NCBI RefSeq assembly: GCF_000315625.1
Contig: NW_005434662.1
Coordinates: 464,307 to 528,306 of the forward strand
Reading direction: 5' to 3'
DNA from: Guillardia theta CCMP2712
Lineage: Eukaryota; Protista; Cryptophyta
DNA length: 64,000 bases
Below are positions 51,101-62,106 of the stretch, one piece after another; position 1 is the first letter of the stretch, and each line of letters starts with the position of its first letter. The position numbers were made by a program, and so were the translations under genes. Under the pieces are notes generated by a model. That model saw nothing but the letters and a program-made list of their open reading frames with translations, was not told the origin of the DNA and did not search any database.

Positions 51101-52564
51101 TAGCAGATGCTCCACCACTCTCGCCTGCCCGAGCATACACGCTGCATGTAGCGGAGTAGAGCCTGCCAAGTTCGTCTGCAGGACGTTTGCCCACCTCTTG
51201 GCCAGCAGCTGAACAGCCTCAGCCCTTCCCTGCTCCACTGCCATGAACAGAGGCGTCAGAAAGTTCGTGTCGCTCATGTCCACCATGCATCCCGCGCCAT
51301 GTGGGAACGGGTCGAGGATGTACTCGATGACCTTCAGCTGGTTGAAGATGGCCGCGTAATGCAGCGGCGTCTTTCCGTCCTTGTTGAGGGCGTCAGCTTC
51401 GATCTCAGGAGCTCCATCCGACCCGCGCACGAACTGCCTGACGGCCAGGAGGTCCCCTTTAGCAGCCGCCCAGTGCAAGGGATCCGGGAACTCCATGTAG
51501 TTTTCCCACGGTGAAACCTGCTTCTTCTGCACGACCATCTTGCTACCGAACTCGCTCTCCACGAATGATATGTTCATGTTCTGAACGGCATCGGCGAAGC
51601 CACTCAGGATCTTGCGGTTGGAGGACTGGTGCGCTCGATCCTTGGCGCTGCTCTCGAACCTTCTCAACAGGGCCACGAACTCCTCGAAATCGAGCTCGGA
51701 GTCGTCGGACTTGTCTCCGTCTGCAAGGAGGGCGCGCAGCTGGTCGCTGGAGAGTTTGATGCCTAGCTTCTCCAGCGCTACCCCGAGTTCAAAAGGGTCT
51801 ATCTGTCCGCTGTTGTCAAAATCAATCTCGTTGAACTGCTTCCTGTAGTTCACAAGGTTCTCAACGTCTTCCGGCCACTCACAATCGTCTAGCAGCTTCT
51901 GAGGCAGCTCGTATTGTTTCCCCAGTGTCAACTTCAGCATTTCAGTCTTCTGCCTCGTCTCCTCGTCGATTTGTTCTTCTTCGCGCGTATCCTCATAGAA
52001 GCTGGCCTCCCAACTTTGCATCCTCTTTTGATTCTGCATCTGCTGCTCTTGTTCATTTCTCATCCTTTCCTCTTCAAGCTGTCTCTTCACTCTCAATCGC
52101 TCTTCTTCCACTCTCTTCTTACGCTCCTGCTCTTCCAGCTCCGCTTGTCGTGCTTGTACCTCATACTTGTCGAATTCCTGTGCTGCTTGTGATTCTCCAT
52201 GGACTTGTGCGAACTCCTTGGCAAGAAACTTCGCGTTGCCAATAGGAATAAATCTCTCTTGCGTTGTTGATTCTGGGTTGTACCCCTTTTCTACTACATC
52301 GTAAGAACGCAGCGGCACCTCGTCACCTGGATTCACAAACACACCACCAACACGGCGCGACCGCATTCGTTCAAGAGCCTCATTGAGGCCGAGCCTCCTG
52401 CTTGGCACTTTTTGTGCGTTACTATCAGCAAGAAAATTAGGTTGCTCCGCAACTTCATGGGCAAGATCAGGATCAAGCGATCGCTGGGCGATGTATCGCT
52501 CCACCATGTCAGCGAACTTGAGCTGGGGTTTACAAAAAACCGCTAAAAGAAATGCATGAAGCAA
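48137..52564 (-). CDS. EF-hand, ankyrin-repeat and WD40 protein (extra short 5' exons likely up to about 52735)
   Basis: EF-hands DFDNSGQIDPFE and DKSDDSELDFEEF; ankyrin motifs GKTPLHYAA, GSTPLHAAC, GITPLMLAA, GWTPLHQAC, GRTPLHVAC; WD40 motifs GHTGAITCV..LVSGSEDTTVRLWD and GHDSAVMC. Confidence 0.9.
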   Translation of the reverse strand: MLHAFLLAVFCKPQLKFADMVERYIAQRSLDPDLAHEVAEQPNFLADSNAQKVPSRRLGLNEALERMRSRRVGGVFVNPGDEVPLRSYDVVEKGYNPESTTQERFIPIGNAKFLAKEFAQVHGESQAAQEFDKYEVQARQAELEEQERKKRVEEERLRVKRQLEEERMRNEQEQQMQNQKRMQSWEASFYEDTREEEQIDEETRQKTEMLKLTLGKQYELPQKLLDDCEWPEDVENLVNYRKQFNEIDFDNSGQIDPFELGVALEKLGIKLSSDQLRALLADGDKSDDSELDFEEFVALLRRFESSAKDRAHQSSNRKILSGFADAVQNMNISFVESEFGSKMVVQKKQVSPWENYMEFPDPLHWAAAKGDLLAVRQFVRGSDGAPEIEADALNKDGKTPLHYAAIFNQLKVIEYILDPFPHGAGCMVDMSDTNFLTPLFMAVEQGRAEAVQLLAKRWANVLQTNLAGSTPLHAACMLGQARVVEHLLSTSAVISASDDSTIRVTGLEYSEGWLKLERSRLLVRQSEDHNVVRGMQIIQDRIITGSTDGSIQMTSLTTQQSQPCNFIRGLEEVTRVFSGHTGAITCVKVQSSESTTPGKYLVSGSEDTTVRLWDANTARCIRVYQDTRPNQFPSPVVSVDLDVASDRVVHGSRMGICFVWSLSGGSLLKYFTFHQGSSINSIQLTSTILLTASNDRTFRILDLDTQKTRIYKGHDSAVMCAKSKKFRYPVFEERVYEVIISGSGTGEIFLWRLKTAEGLTKGPYKTFCGEEDGENAHRGPVYDIQFASYRDKCLVIASSTPDSGVRVWDLAAPEAAPLCVIHPHTDDIRHVGFYGIDVNLTDPHGITPLMLAAERGLEEIVASLLACFDVDPWIGDHKVCHTAVHRAAKNGHVATMQLLLDHDPDLVLCLTADNETILHLAVEHEARGPACVQLAIQYGVNVNALNKHGESALHRAAALGRYHAVRALSRSRDLELDIIGAEFPVGGEPVGRSSKAPAEQRLPKLVRLPLQYAASSTLWIKGDAPGDVAPKLRKKEVVQEFRTLRHPMGWTPLHQACAAGRSAVVKVLVEMRADFSHADDLGRTPLHVACVNGTSDLIGLLLDARADVRARDLLGIEPLHYSVKMGQEGAVKMILSKGKLKLDVDSLEETDGMSALHLAAQCGLESICYVLLEGGADVNLLDRNLCTPLHLATQGAISLAVDNSGPPTTQHGLQNAYGRRTTRKLDSWLSHWETSREIRKGLGARRLAELREEIAGSFGHFLETIQVLLDAYARYDLVDVRGLTAEDVASSDPVMWPKIQALLAQNSPDGLTYLQAHDVITAVYLGEKGLKFEHSNLWRVKTTFSLKCEAGLPTSYGTRAFRAPKSNFDTIEVDARALGEYVIGQAGEINRQGSNLYTLGMRYMELRSGLEKEVRTVLFAWDPSQRTFQSKLNAEAIQLEEGREYELRVMAVEEWRDVSEDYVVPSCFLTPSGAR

Positions 52565-53113
52565 GCACAGGTGTCATATGGCATCCTCAGGAAGCTTGTC
52601 TTTGTAGAGGCACACCCCTGATCATCGTGACCTTCTCGCCATATCCTTCATCTTCACCTGGCCTCCTTCTCCTCCTCTCGTTTCCTCTCTTCCGTTTCCT
52701 CATCACGTTCACGATGCACCTCACATAGCATGGCATCGCCTGCCTGTTTAAACTTAACGCCCGAACTTTTTAATTCTGAAAGTTCGGCGGAAGGTTAGAA
52801 TTATTGGACGTCTTGTACTAAAGTTTATGATATGAAAACTTTCAAAGTTTAGGAGCTGAGCCCGGCGTTCAACGTTTGCCGGGCCGCGATTCCCGCCGAT
52901 GCTTCGGAAGACTTGAGGTTGAACTTAGTCTCCGTCTATCAGTCGGGGCAGCTACACGAGTTTAAAGTCTCTTTACTCATAGTTAAGTTAAAAATCAGAA
53001 CGAGGACAATCAGGAGAGACGAGGCCCCCGATAAAGTATGAGTGCTTGTTTTACAGTGGCCCGAGAATCAGCTTGCAACAGCTGTTTAATGTTCAACAAA
53101 AAAAGTACAATCT

Positions 53114-54314
53114 CTACAGGCTCAGCACTGCTGCGCTCGACAGGTTAACTAGGTTTGATGCGTTCAGAACGGGCAGCGACTTGATGGATGCATCTGGGCC
53201 CGTTGACTTCTGACAAAGCTGGGAAAGGAGGAGAAGAGTCTGGAGAGAGTTGTCCGTATTCGGAAGACCCAAGACGGGCCAGGTTGACAATGGAATCGCA
53301 GAGGCAATCTGGAAATCGCTCTTCCTTCTTTTGTACAGCCCTTCACCAGCAGCGATGGTGTAATCATCAGCGTCCAGACAGAGATCTGCGACTCTTTTGC
53401 AACGCTCTCCCTCCTCTCTGTGTTCCACACTCTGCACCGGTGCCTTCTCCTTGCTGGACAATTGCATTACACCACTCGGAATCACTTGACGCAATGATGG
53501 TATTTTGGTTTCGACCTTCAGTTCCAAGGGCAGAATGAGCGAGGTCTCCTTCCCGTGGATCTTCAGAGAGATCTCGAGCTCAGCCTGACGGGAGCTTGTT
53601 GAGCAGGATCCACTCGAGATCTTCACAGCGAATCCAGCAGAGGCTCCGCTCGCCCTCCCTTCAATCTCGGCCTCTGAGAAGATCTCGACGCTGAGCCTCT
53701 GCTTCGAATGCAACTTCTCATCCCAAACCGGTCGTGGGAGATACGGCGAGGCAGAGCTCATCTTCAATTGGAGGCTCGCCCTTCCTGCGTCGGATTCTTC
53801 TACCATAGGCCTTGAAACTTTCTTCAGGTGTCGTAGCGTTGCCCACTCTGAGTCCGAAGAGTTGAAATGCAGGCTCGCTTCAATCTGCACGTTCCAGCTC
53901 TCCAGGGGAGTGAACGTGATAAACAAATATTTCGTTTCACCAAGTCCCATGGATTGCGTCAAGGTTCCATTTCCATTCCTAATGACCGGGATCACCTGAG
54001 GCCTGTGGTCGTTCTCGATGTGCTTGGATAACGCGCGAGTTCCCGACATGGTGCACCACTTTCCACAATAGCAGCACTGGTACATGGTGTCTTTTCCACG
54101 CTGTTGCACGATGGGCTCGATCTCTTCCATGCACGCACTCAGAAATCTGCGGGATCCCACTGGCCTGCACTTGGGAGGTCCAAAAGCATCATTCGAAGAC
54201 TGACCATCGTCGAATGGAAGGGTTTGATTCTGTAAGAAAGGATATCATTAGAACGTGCGCGGATGATGTATCATGAGCAATGCAACTAACCTCTGATTCA
54301 ACCGGCGAGGCCAT
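53114..54314 (-). CDS. C2H2-type zinc-finger protein
   Basis: YQCCYCGKWCTMSGTRALSKHIENDH. First exon MASPVESE (ATG at 54314) splices in phase through a short intron into ORF 53114..54160. Confidence 0.7.
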
Positions 54315-54549
54315 GTTGTCTTGATTGTTGACTCAGGAAAACTTGTAGATCTGGCGGACGTTCGAGGAGTGCGAAAGAGAATTCGGGCCACCTGCAAAAC
54401 CTGCAGCTTGTGGGTTCTATGACAGGACGATGGATGAACAGGAAGGGGAGACCGGCAGCAGGGTAGCGGGGCAGTGCAGAACGAACAGGAGGGTTTCGTA
54501 CGAAAGACACGATGCTGGGGCAAGAAACGAACGCCGACGGGGACGTCGG

Positions 54550-55680
54550 GTTGCCAGGGGGTAGTACCCGGAGAATAACAAACTGCATAGAAGGGTAGTC
54601 CACGGACCTAGGGGTAGGATCGGGATTCGTGAATACTTCTAGCGATATTCCTGGGTGGTCAGAGGTATAAGAGTGGGGTAGGGTTGGAAAGTTTCCAGAG
54701 ATCCGAATTGAGTGGGTCCTACGTCTTTGCAGGGGTAGGGGTGAGGGGTGTTTCGGGCTCGAGTCGCAGATAGGGGTAGGGGGTGAGTCTCGGAAGTTGG
54801 CTTTCATTTCCTTTTACATGGGACCGATGACGGAGAGGGCAGAAAAGGGCTAGGTGGGAACCACAAGGGGGGTCACTACCCCACCCTTTCGTTTCCCTGA
54901 AGATATGATAAATGACCCCTCTATAAACCCATGGCGTGTGGTCATCAGAAAACTCTGGAGGGTGGGTGATCATATCAGCGCATTGACTTTTAGAGAAGGG
55001 TGGGGGTAGGGAGTTCGGTACAAAGTGAGTCCGAAACGACACCTGGGGGGTGGGGTAGGATGAGGTGGATACAAGTCCCGATGCATGCGGTACAGAAAGT
55101 AGCATAGAGAGAGCGGTGGGTACCGAAAGTGACAGTTCGATGGTAAACCTGACGGTACTGGGTCGCAGGGGTGGGTCAGAAGTAGAGTTTCGGAATTCTT
55201 GACGCAGTAGTAGTTGGCGCATCATCATGGTTTAACAGCGTTTGTTGTAAAGGTGATTGCCGTCATTTGTATGGTCATCAAGAGCCAACTTTTCATAAAC
55301 ATCAATCAATCACGTTACCATCGGAAGTGGTGGGTCGACAACTAGTGCCCCACCTCCCCACCACGTCCCTGGCTCTTCCAATGGCGAGTCATGGCGAATT
55401 CCGAATTTGGTCCGCTGCCTACCCCTACCCCTTTTGTCCTGAAACCACAGCAGTGTACTACCCCACCCATGAGACCAAGGGAGAAACCCTGGAGTAACCC
55501 TCGTCAACATAATGACAATGGCTACCCCTACCCCCACTTTGACCATTCCATGGCTCGTTATTATATATATTATTACTGTCTTTAGGACCTCGGACACCCC
55601 CTTTCGCAGCTCCAAATACCCCTACCCTCCCTGTATCAACTTTTTGAACACCAACCCACCGGTACCGGCATCGTCAACTT
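54550..55680. promoter_or_regulatory. Intergenic cluster of GGGGTAGGG / CCCTACCCC motifs with a strand switch
   Basis: G-form motifs at about 54557, 54611, 54675, 54732, 54773, 55003 and 55052; C-form motifs at about 55418, 55458, 55522 and 55619. Function is inferred only. Confidence 0.4.
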
Positions 55681-56808
55681 TTGTACAGGACAAAATTGTT
55701 TTTTTTGGGCTTCCGTCGATGTGTCACTATAAGCAATCCGCAGTACTGAGTGTCGGATTACTGTAAACTGCTTTATAATCTATATGTCATACCGAATATC
55801 ACATCGAAGGTTATAATAATGTAATTTAAAAATATAAAATTTTATCTATACTAATTCATCCTACCGAAATCATTCAATGGTAGAAATTATATAATTTATA
55901 AAAAGGTAGTAATGATTACCTTTCTACCTTTAGTCAAAGTTAAGTTAAAACATTAGTGAAATTCCGAGCCGGCAAGCCTTGACTTTACTACTTCAGTTCC
56001 GCATCGTCTGATGATAGTATGAAATTCCGTTCGAAGTCACGGTATACGTACTGAGGTACTGATGACTTCAAGTTGACTTTAAAACTTTTAGTCACTGAGA
56101 GTGACTGATTTGAGTAATAAGGTCGGGCTCGGAAAAGTAGTTCTCGGCCCGGGCAGCCCGGCCCGGCCTCCGAGAGTCAGCCTGTAAAATGAACACGATT
56201 ACGTCACGAGCCCGAGTCAGAGAAAGGACTATCAGAATGAAAGGACAGTTGGCTGCCTCGTACTCGTGTTGAAACCCAGCGCTTCCACAATTTAGGATTG
56301 TGCTGCCTTTTGTGTTATCCGTGTGTATTTTTGAGGCGGGTTGGGTTTTTTTGCTCATTCTATCATCGCCAGGAGCAAGGAGCACCGGTGAAGCTCTTCA
56401 CAGCCTCTTCCAGGGAAGGACGGGTGCATCTCTTGATCGAGGAAATCTCCCGAGTCCCTCTGCCAGAGGTAGATGGAAGTTGACACTGTGACAAATTTTC
56501 CCTAGATATCATTCGTAGGCAACAGCGCGTACAGATACGTCGACAAGGTCCAGACCTTCAAGCCACTACTAAGCCGGAGCTGTTCAAGAGCGTGAAGATT
56601 TTTGTCATCGAAAGCGTTCGCTTTGCGTGAGTTCGTGCACTCTCGGGCGGAGTTCGCAGCGAAAACAACAGGCGTACGTCCCTTCCATCGACACGTCTGT
56701 GGGTGCGTGAGGTGTTGGAGGTGGAGTGATAAGACTCGCCCGGCGGGACGACGCGCCGGTCTGCGGCTGTTGCTATTGCTGTTGCTGTTGCCGTGAGCAC
56801 CTCATGCT

Positions 56809-59562
56809 TATGTCGCCGACAACATCTGGTGGGCGGTATGCGTCGTACAAGTGCGCGACAGCACGTTTGTTGGCTTGGCTGACTGAGAAGGAGCCACCGA
56901 CGCCGCGAACGGTGCGCGCCATGCTCAATGCCGCACGCAGGCTGTCGGAGAGATGCGAGATGATGCCAGCCGACGTCAAGGCAAGTCTCGAGCTCGCCAT
57001 CAAGTTGCGGAGGGAGGTTCACGAGCTGTACACTTCGCGTGTGGCGCAAACAAACCCCGACGACGAGCGCCATGCTCACTTCATCTCGGCCCTCGAACGT
57101 GTGCGCGCGTGGTTGCAGCCTCCTTCAAGCAAAGAAGAGAGGCGCGACGCTCCAACGAAGCAGCTTGAGCCTGAAGCCGAGGAGCTTGCGAACCGCTTCG
57201 AGTTGCTTGATGTTGAGGAAGGTTGGGACGAAGTGGACGAGTCCGTGCCAAAGTCACAAATGCTTGTGGGTAAAGACGTGCTCATCGATGGACTTACGAG
57301 TAAGCCAGAGTTAAATGGACGTACGGGCTATGTGGTTGAGCACCTCTCACACAACGGCCGTTACAAGGTTCGCTGCGGCGACGAATTCTACAGCCTCAAG
57401 CCGGAAAACATCAAGCATGCTCCTATGCAAGAAGCGGAGCAAGAGCAGTTTATTCTTGGCGAGGCTATCGAATTTGAGGCGGCGTGCTTGATGCTTGATG
57501 TCCAGGCTGCGCTCGGCGAAGTGGCGACTGCTTGGAATGACTACAAAACGGGCGCATCTCGCTTCTTACCGCTGCCGCACTTACGAATGCGTGCGTCAGC
57601 CACGCCGAGCATCTCGCTAGTGCACTCGAGGCGAAGCATCCTCGGCTAATGAGCCTCTCTCGCGTCGTGTGCGTGGCCCACTTGTCCCGCGCGATCAAGA
57701 CGACGATGTCGCAACTGAACGTTAAGTTTGGCGTCGCGCTTGACATCGTGTGTGACGTTGCGTTTGGCGATGCAAGTGATCGGATCGTCAGGCAATTCCT
57801 GAACGCGCGCACGATCAATGGGACGGCCATCTTCCTGATCGAACAGGCTCTCGAAAGCTATCCTTGCTCGTCGCAAAAAGATGAAATGGAGCTCGAGAAA
57901 ATGAGCCAGAAACTCATCATGCGGCGTGCAACGCAATGCACCAAGGAACAAGCACGTGCCGTGATGTCGATGATCGCCAAGGAGGTTGTGCTGCGCTTTG
58001 CGCCGGTCAGCTATGGCGAGGACGAAGTAAACGACTTCTACCTCGGCGAAAATGGCATTCTCTTCACTTCTGACTTCCTGCAAAAGCTCTGTGCCGCAGG
58101 CCTCGTGCGGCGCCCGCGAACGTGGAGCGCGCCAAAAACAGGATTCTTCGGTGAGCCATGGGACGAGGTCCGCAATCCCGCGGAGAGCACAGAAGATCTA
58201 CTCGACTACATGGGGGGACTCGTTCCAGCGCTTTTCTATTTTGCAGATGCCGAGCTGCGGACGAAGCACGGCTCGGTCGAGTTTCCAGAGCTCAGGCATG
58301 CTACGCTCATGCCGCTGTCGAATGTGCTCAAGAAGGCCATGGATCGTGGCACCGTATCCCTCGCCTTCGTCGTCTCCATACAGGCCGCGCTGCTCTCCCT
58401 TGTGTGCGTCAATGGCGAGCGACGATGCAAGCGTGTGCACATCACGACGAAGGCGGCATTCGCGAAGGCTGCACAGCAACTCGGTGGGGCGCTCGCGGCG
58501 CTCGAAGGCGAAAGCTTTAGAGGACGGCATACTGAAATCTCGACGCGGAATGTCCAAATGTTCAAGGCTTGGGTGGATCATGTCCACGCGCTGCAGACAA
58601 GTCCGCCGCCCGTGGGTACACATGTTCCCGAGATCCTGGCTATCGCGGAGCGTCAGCGTGACCAGGCGTTGCTCGAGAATCCATGGGTCGCTGGGCAATA
58701 CTTGCTTGTACTATGCCTGGGCGTTGGCATGGGAGGTGGTGTGATAAGCATTGACGACTTTGGGCAGACGTCCTTCGTGCTTCATGTCGGAAATGCCCTA
58801 CGCACCGTCGGTGCGCTTGGCGAATCCGATAGCGCTCAGCTCCTTGAGATGCTCACGCACACATTTGACGAAGACTGCAAGTCGATTTGGTTTGCTGGCG
58901 TGCCACGGAATAACTTCTCGAAGCACTGGTTTCACCGGATGGGAATGGACGTGACACTGATGAAAAATCGTAAACTTACTTCAATTGAGGCAGAGGACAT
59001 CAGCTTGGCCTTCAAGCGTGCGGCGGCGGCGGATTTCGCCGACTTGGCACTAATGGGCAGTGCCGACCCACTTCAAGTCATCCTTCAGGCAATTCGCGAG
59101 GCGTTCGAGGAGGACCCACTCGTCGGCATCAACCTCGGTGCAGTTGGTGCACAGCTCCTGCCTTTGGCGCAACACCTTGTCAACGAATTAGGACTGCAGG
59201 ATGAGGTTGTAGCCAATCTTGTGCAGCTTGGTCAGGACATGGAACGCAGTTCAGGCACACGGAAGAAGGGTCGCCATCGTGAGAACAACGACTCGGCTGG
59301 CCCGGACCGCAGACACGCGCTTTATCTGACCATCATCGGCGCTCTTTTCATGAAATGCGAGCGCGACGCGCCCGAGAGTTCCGACCCATTGCATCTCGGG
59401 AGAAATCCCGATGGTGGCGCTCCCACGATGCGAGCGATTGATCGCGATACTCTTCCGCCCTGCTCGCCACTGGAGCGTGCATATCTCAAGCGTGCAGGTG
59501 CAGTGCTCGTGGCGTTCATTCAGAATATTAAGGCGACCAACTATCGACTTCTGACATTGTAG
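56809..59562 (+). CDS. DUF6604-like protein with an internal SH3/KOW-like module; one frameshift near 57555 (pseudogene or sequence error)
   Basis: N-terminal GRYASYKCATARLLAWL...LELAIKLRREVHELY...DERHAHFISALE...NRFELLDVE resembles the DUF6604 pattern. VLIDGLTSKPELNGRTG..NGRYKV module. A frame change joins WNDYKTGA to (SLL)TAAALTNA and ORF 57649..59562. Confidence 0.65.
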
Positions 59563-60273
59563 ACAAAATTTTAGAATCACCAGCTGATGAAATGTGTGAA
59601 AATTGATTCATTTAAGTTTTGCTTTCAGAAGTAATCATCGCCGTATGCGCGACCAAACCGTGTCTTGGCGCTGCTCACCGCTACGCCTCACCCCTCGTTC
59701 ACAGTTTCCCTTTCGCGAAGTGTCGAGGGAAAGAACGAATTCGCGCCAAACAACATGTGCAAGGGATCAAACAAATGAGCAAGAGCGCGCTTGAATAGCC
59801 GCGACCGTACATTAAAGATGGACCTGTCAGGTCACAGTGCCAACGTCCAGCCTATTGAGTCGCCATCGACGGCGATACTCGTGACTGCACGTCGACTCGG
59901 TAACGTGCATCAATGACGTGATGCTCTACGCGGCGGCTTGCAGATGCACATCATTTGAACCATGTACATTGTCTATTAGAGTTGGGTGAGGAGAGGGTCC
60001 AATGAGAAGGCTCTCGCCGCAACCAGTCGGTCAGAACGATGTCTTGTGAGCGGCGTCCCTGCTCAGGGAGGGAACCAACGAAGAGATTAAGCTTGGAACC
60101 GTGATCTCCAGCGAGTAAGAGTGTAACGACCGCATTCACATCAGGAAGCGGTGCTTAGCTCGTAAGCAACAGCAGGCGATTCGTAACTCGTGCAACACAA
60201 TAATCGCAACTCGCGTGTCCCACAAAAAATGACCAAAGCGTGAAATTTCGCTAGCGGTCTCAGTCTGCATGTC

Positions 60274-61545
60274 TCAACACGTGGCTGCGGCTTGAAGGTC
60301 GCTTGTAATGAGAGCCGCAAGATCTCGAACGCTTTCCTCCGTTGCTTGTGGTAGAATGATGGCGTGAGCTTCGTCATCGACGGTCGGAAGCTCGAAGAGC
60401 TGAATGGTATCCTCGCTCGGCCGTGGAAACACGATCAGGCTCATCTCACTCCGGCTATGCGGCACGCCAGAAGCTTCCCGAAGCGACTCGAACAAAGCCT
60501 CGAGCCGTTTGCTCCTTTCATATTCCGCCTTCCAATCGAGCTGTCGAAGCGTGCACGCCCCAGCGGTGCGATCAGTCCGTCTCGGCTCCCCGATATAATT
60601 GCGTCGTTCACACGCAGATATGGCACATACGCATCTCCGCCTAGTCGCCTCTGCATTTCCTGCTCGTGCTCGTATGCGTGGCATGCAATCACAATACAGC
60701 CGCAGACAACACCTCCGCTCCACTTGTGCGCACTGATCGAAATGCTGTCGATGTCCCTCCCAATGTAGCAGCGCGATGCACGCTCGTCGAGTGCCCAAAA
60801 CCTGCCGTGGAACGAGGCGTCGACGTGAACGTGGGGCGCTATCCTGAGGCAAGACATCGAATTCCCCAGTTGCTGGGTTGTGCTGACCAGCTGTCATGCG
60901 CAACGTTTCCACTCACGTCGTCGTTCGCTCCACGAAACGTCGTGTCGAGTGTGAGCATGAACTTGCGGGCGTTCATTTGCTCGCTTGATACGCGCACTAG
61001 TTGTTCCAGTGAATCTAGATCGATGGCACCGTCTGCCATTTTCCTAGCCACTGCGTGCATTTGGTCGTCGCAGAAGAGTCGCGCCGACTTCTCGATTGAG
61101 TAGTGCGCCTGGTCGGTCCAAATGATCAGTGTTCGTCTCGAGTATTAGATGCTATGTGGTGCACACATGGTAGTTGCCACTGTCCGTGCTCGTCGTATTG
61201 TCCTCCTCTGCGTCGCCATCGCCAACTTGCACGTCAGCACTCAGCATGGAATCGTCGAGTTCAACCCTTTCAGACGTGCATGTCTTCACCACAACGCCTT
61301 CGCTGCCTTCGCAGAACGTAATGTGCACGTAACTGTCGTCGACGTCTCTCGCTATTCAGCCTTGCGCCGTAGCGGTCATATACGCCCCGGGCCGTGGCGG
61401 TTGTCCGCCAACGGGTCGCCGCAGCTGTCCCATGTGTAGAAACCAAGCTTCCTGCGCTCCCCGCAATGCTCGAACGCGCGTTCGAGATGAGAAGCAATAT
61501 GGGCCGTCGAGCCGCTGCTGGAGTCATCTGCCTCATCCCCTCTAG
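60274..61545 (-). pseudogene. Decayed group II PLP-dependent (histidine/serine) decarboxylase
   Basis: Motifs spread over several frames with stops: DQAHYSIEKSARL, TLDTTFRGANDDV, HVHVDASFHG, IDSISISAHKW (PLP lysine), YVPYLRVNDAIISGSRDG, SLIVFPRP...AHAIILPQ. Confidence 0.8.
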
Positions 61546-62106
61546 AGGAAAGGTAGTCGCCCAAAACCAACCCGCCTCAGAAACAAGCTAGGACAATACA
61601 TAAGGCAGCTCAATCCTCCTATTCTACCTGCGCGAGCATCCAAACCGTGACGAGGGGTACTCTCCCCCAGACTCTCCCCAAAATGCTCGTGGAAGGGGGG
61701 AGGGGGGGGGGGTGGTACTCTCCCAGATATGCATGCGAGGGCAGTAGGCTCTGACGAAAGGAGAGACCAGAGGAGAGAAGGGACCTCGAAACAAGCACCG
61801 AGTAAGCAGCAAGGAGAGCAGGGGGAAGACTAAAGGTGTAGGACTGAGCTGGATGATGATTTATCAGAAATAACCAAGGAAAGCAGTGAAGGAAGTGAAA
61901 GAAGGAGAGGGAGTGAAGGGTCGTGAGAAAGTACGGAAGAGAGCGAGGGAGCGAGTGAGAGGGAATAAGTGCCTGGGCAAGAGTGATAGTCCCTGCAGCA
62001 AGCATCATCACGACGGCAATTGCCTAATGCGATCAGACAGGAGCACTTTTGTCCGCCCTTTCAAGGCAATGCTTGATCTCATTAGCAGCCTCACAGGGAG
62101 GGGAGG

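Larger units (their letters stand above)
56294..61617. mobile_element. Putative non-autonomous inverted-repeat-bounded element carrying cargo genes
   Basis: 56294-56344 and the reverse complement of 61567-61617 align without gaps at 41/51 nt. The interior holds intronless genes. No transposase and no clear target-site duplication were found. Confidence 0.5.

Noticed and set aside
54550-55680. Interstitial telomere or coding ORFs
   Set aside because: The motifs are dispersed rather than tandem, and the ORFs are Pro/Ser-rich with no domain signal.
56294-61617. Endogenous virus (Polinton-like or virophage)
   Set aside because: No capsid, packaging ATPase, integrase or polymerase motifs are visible.
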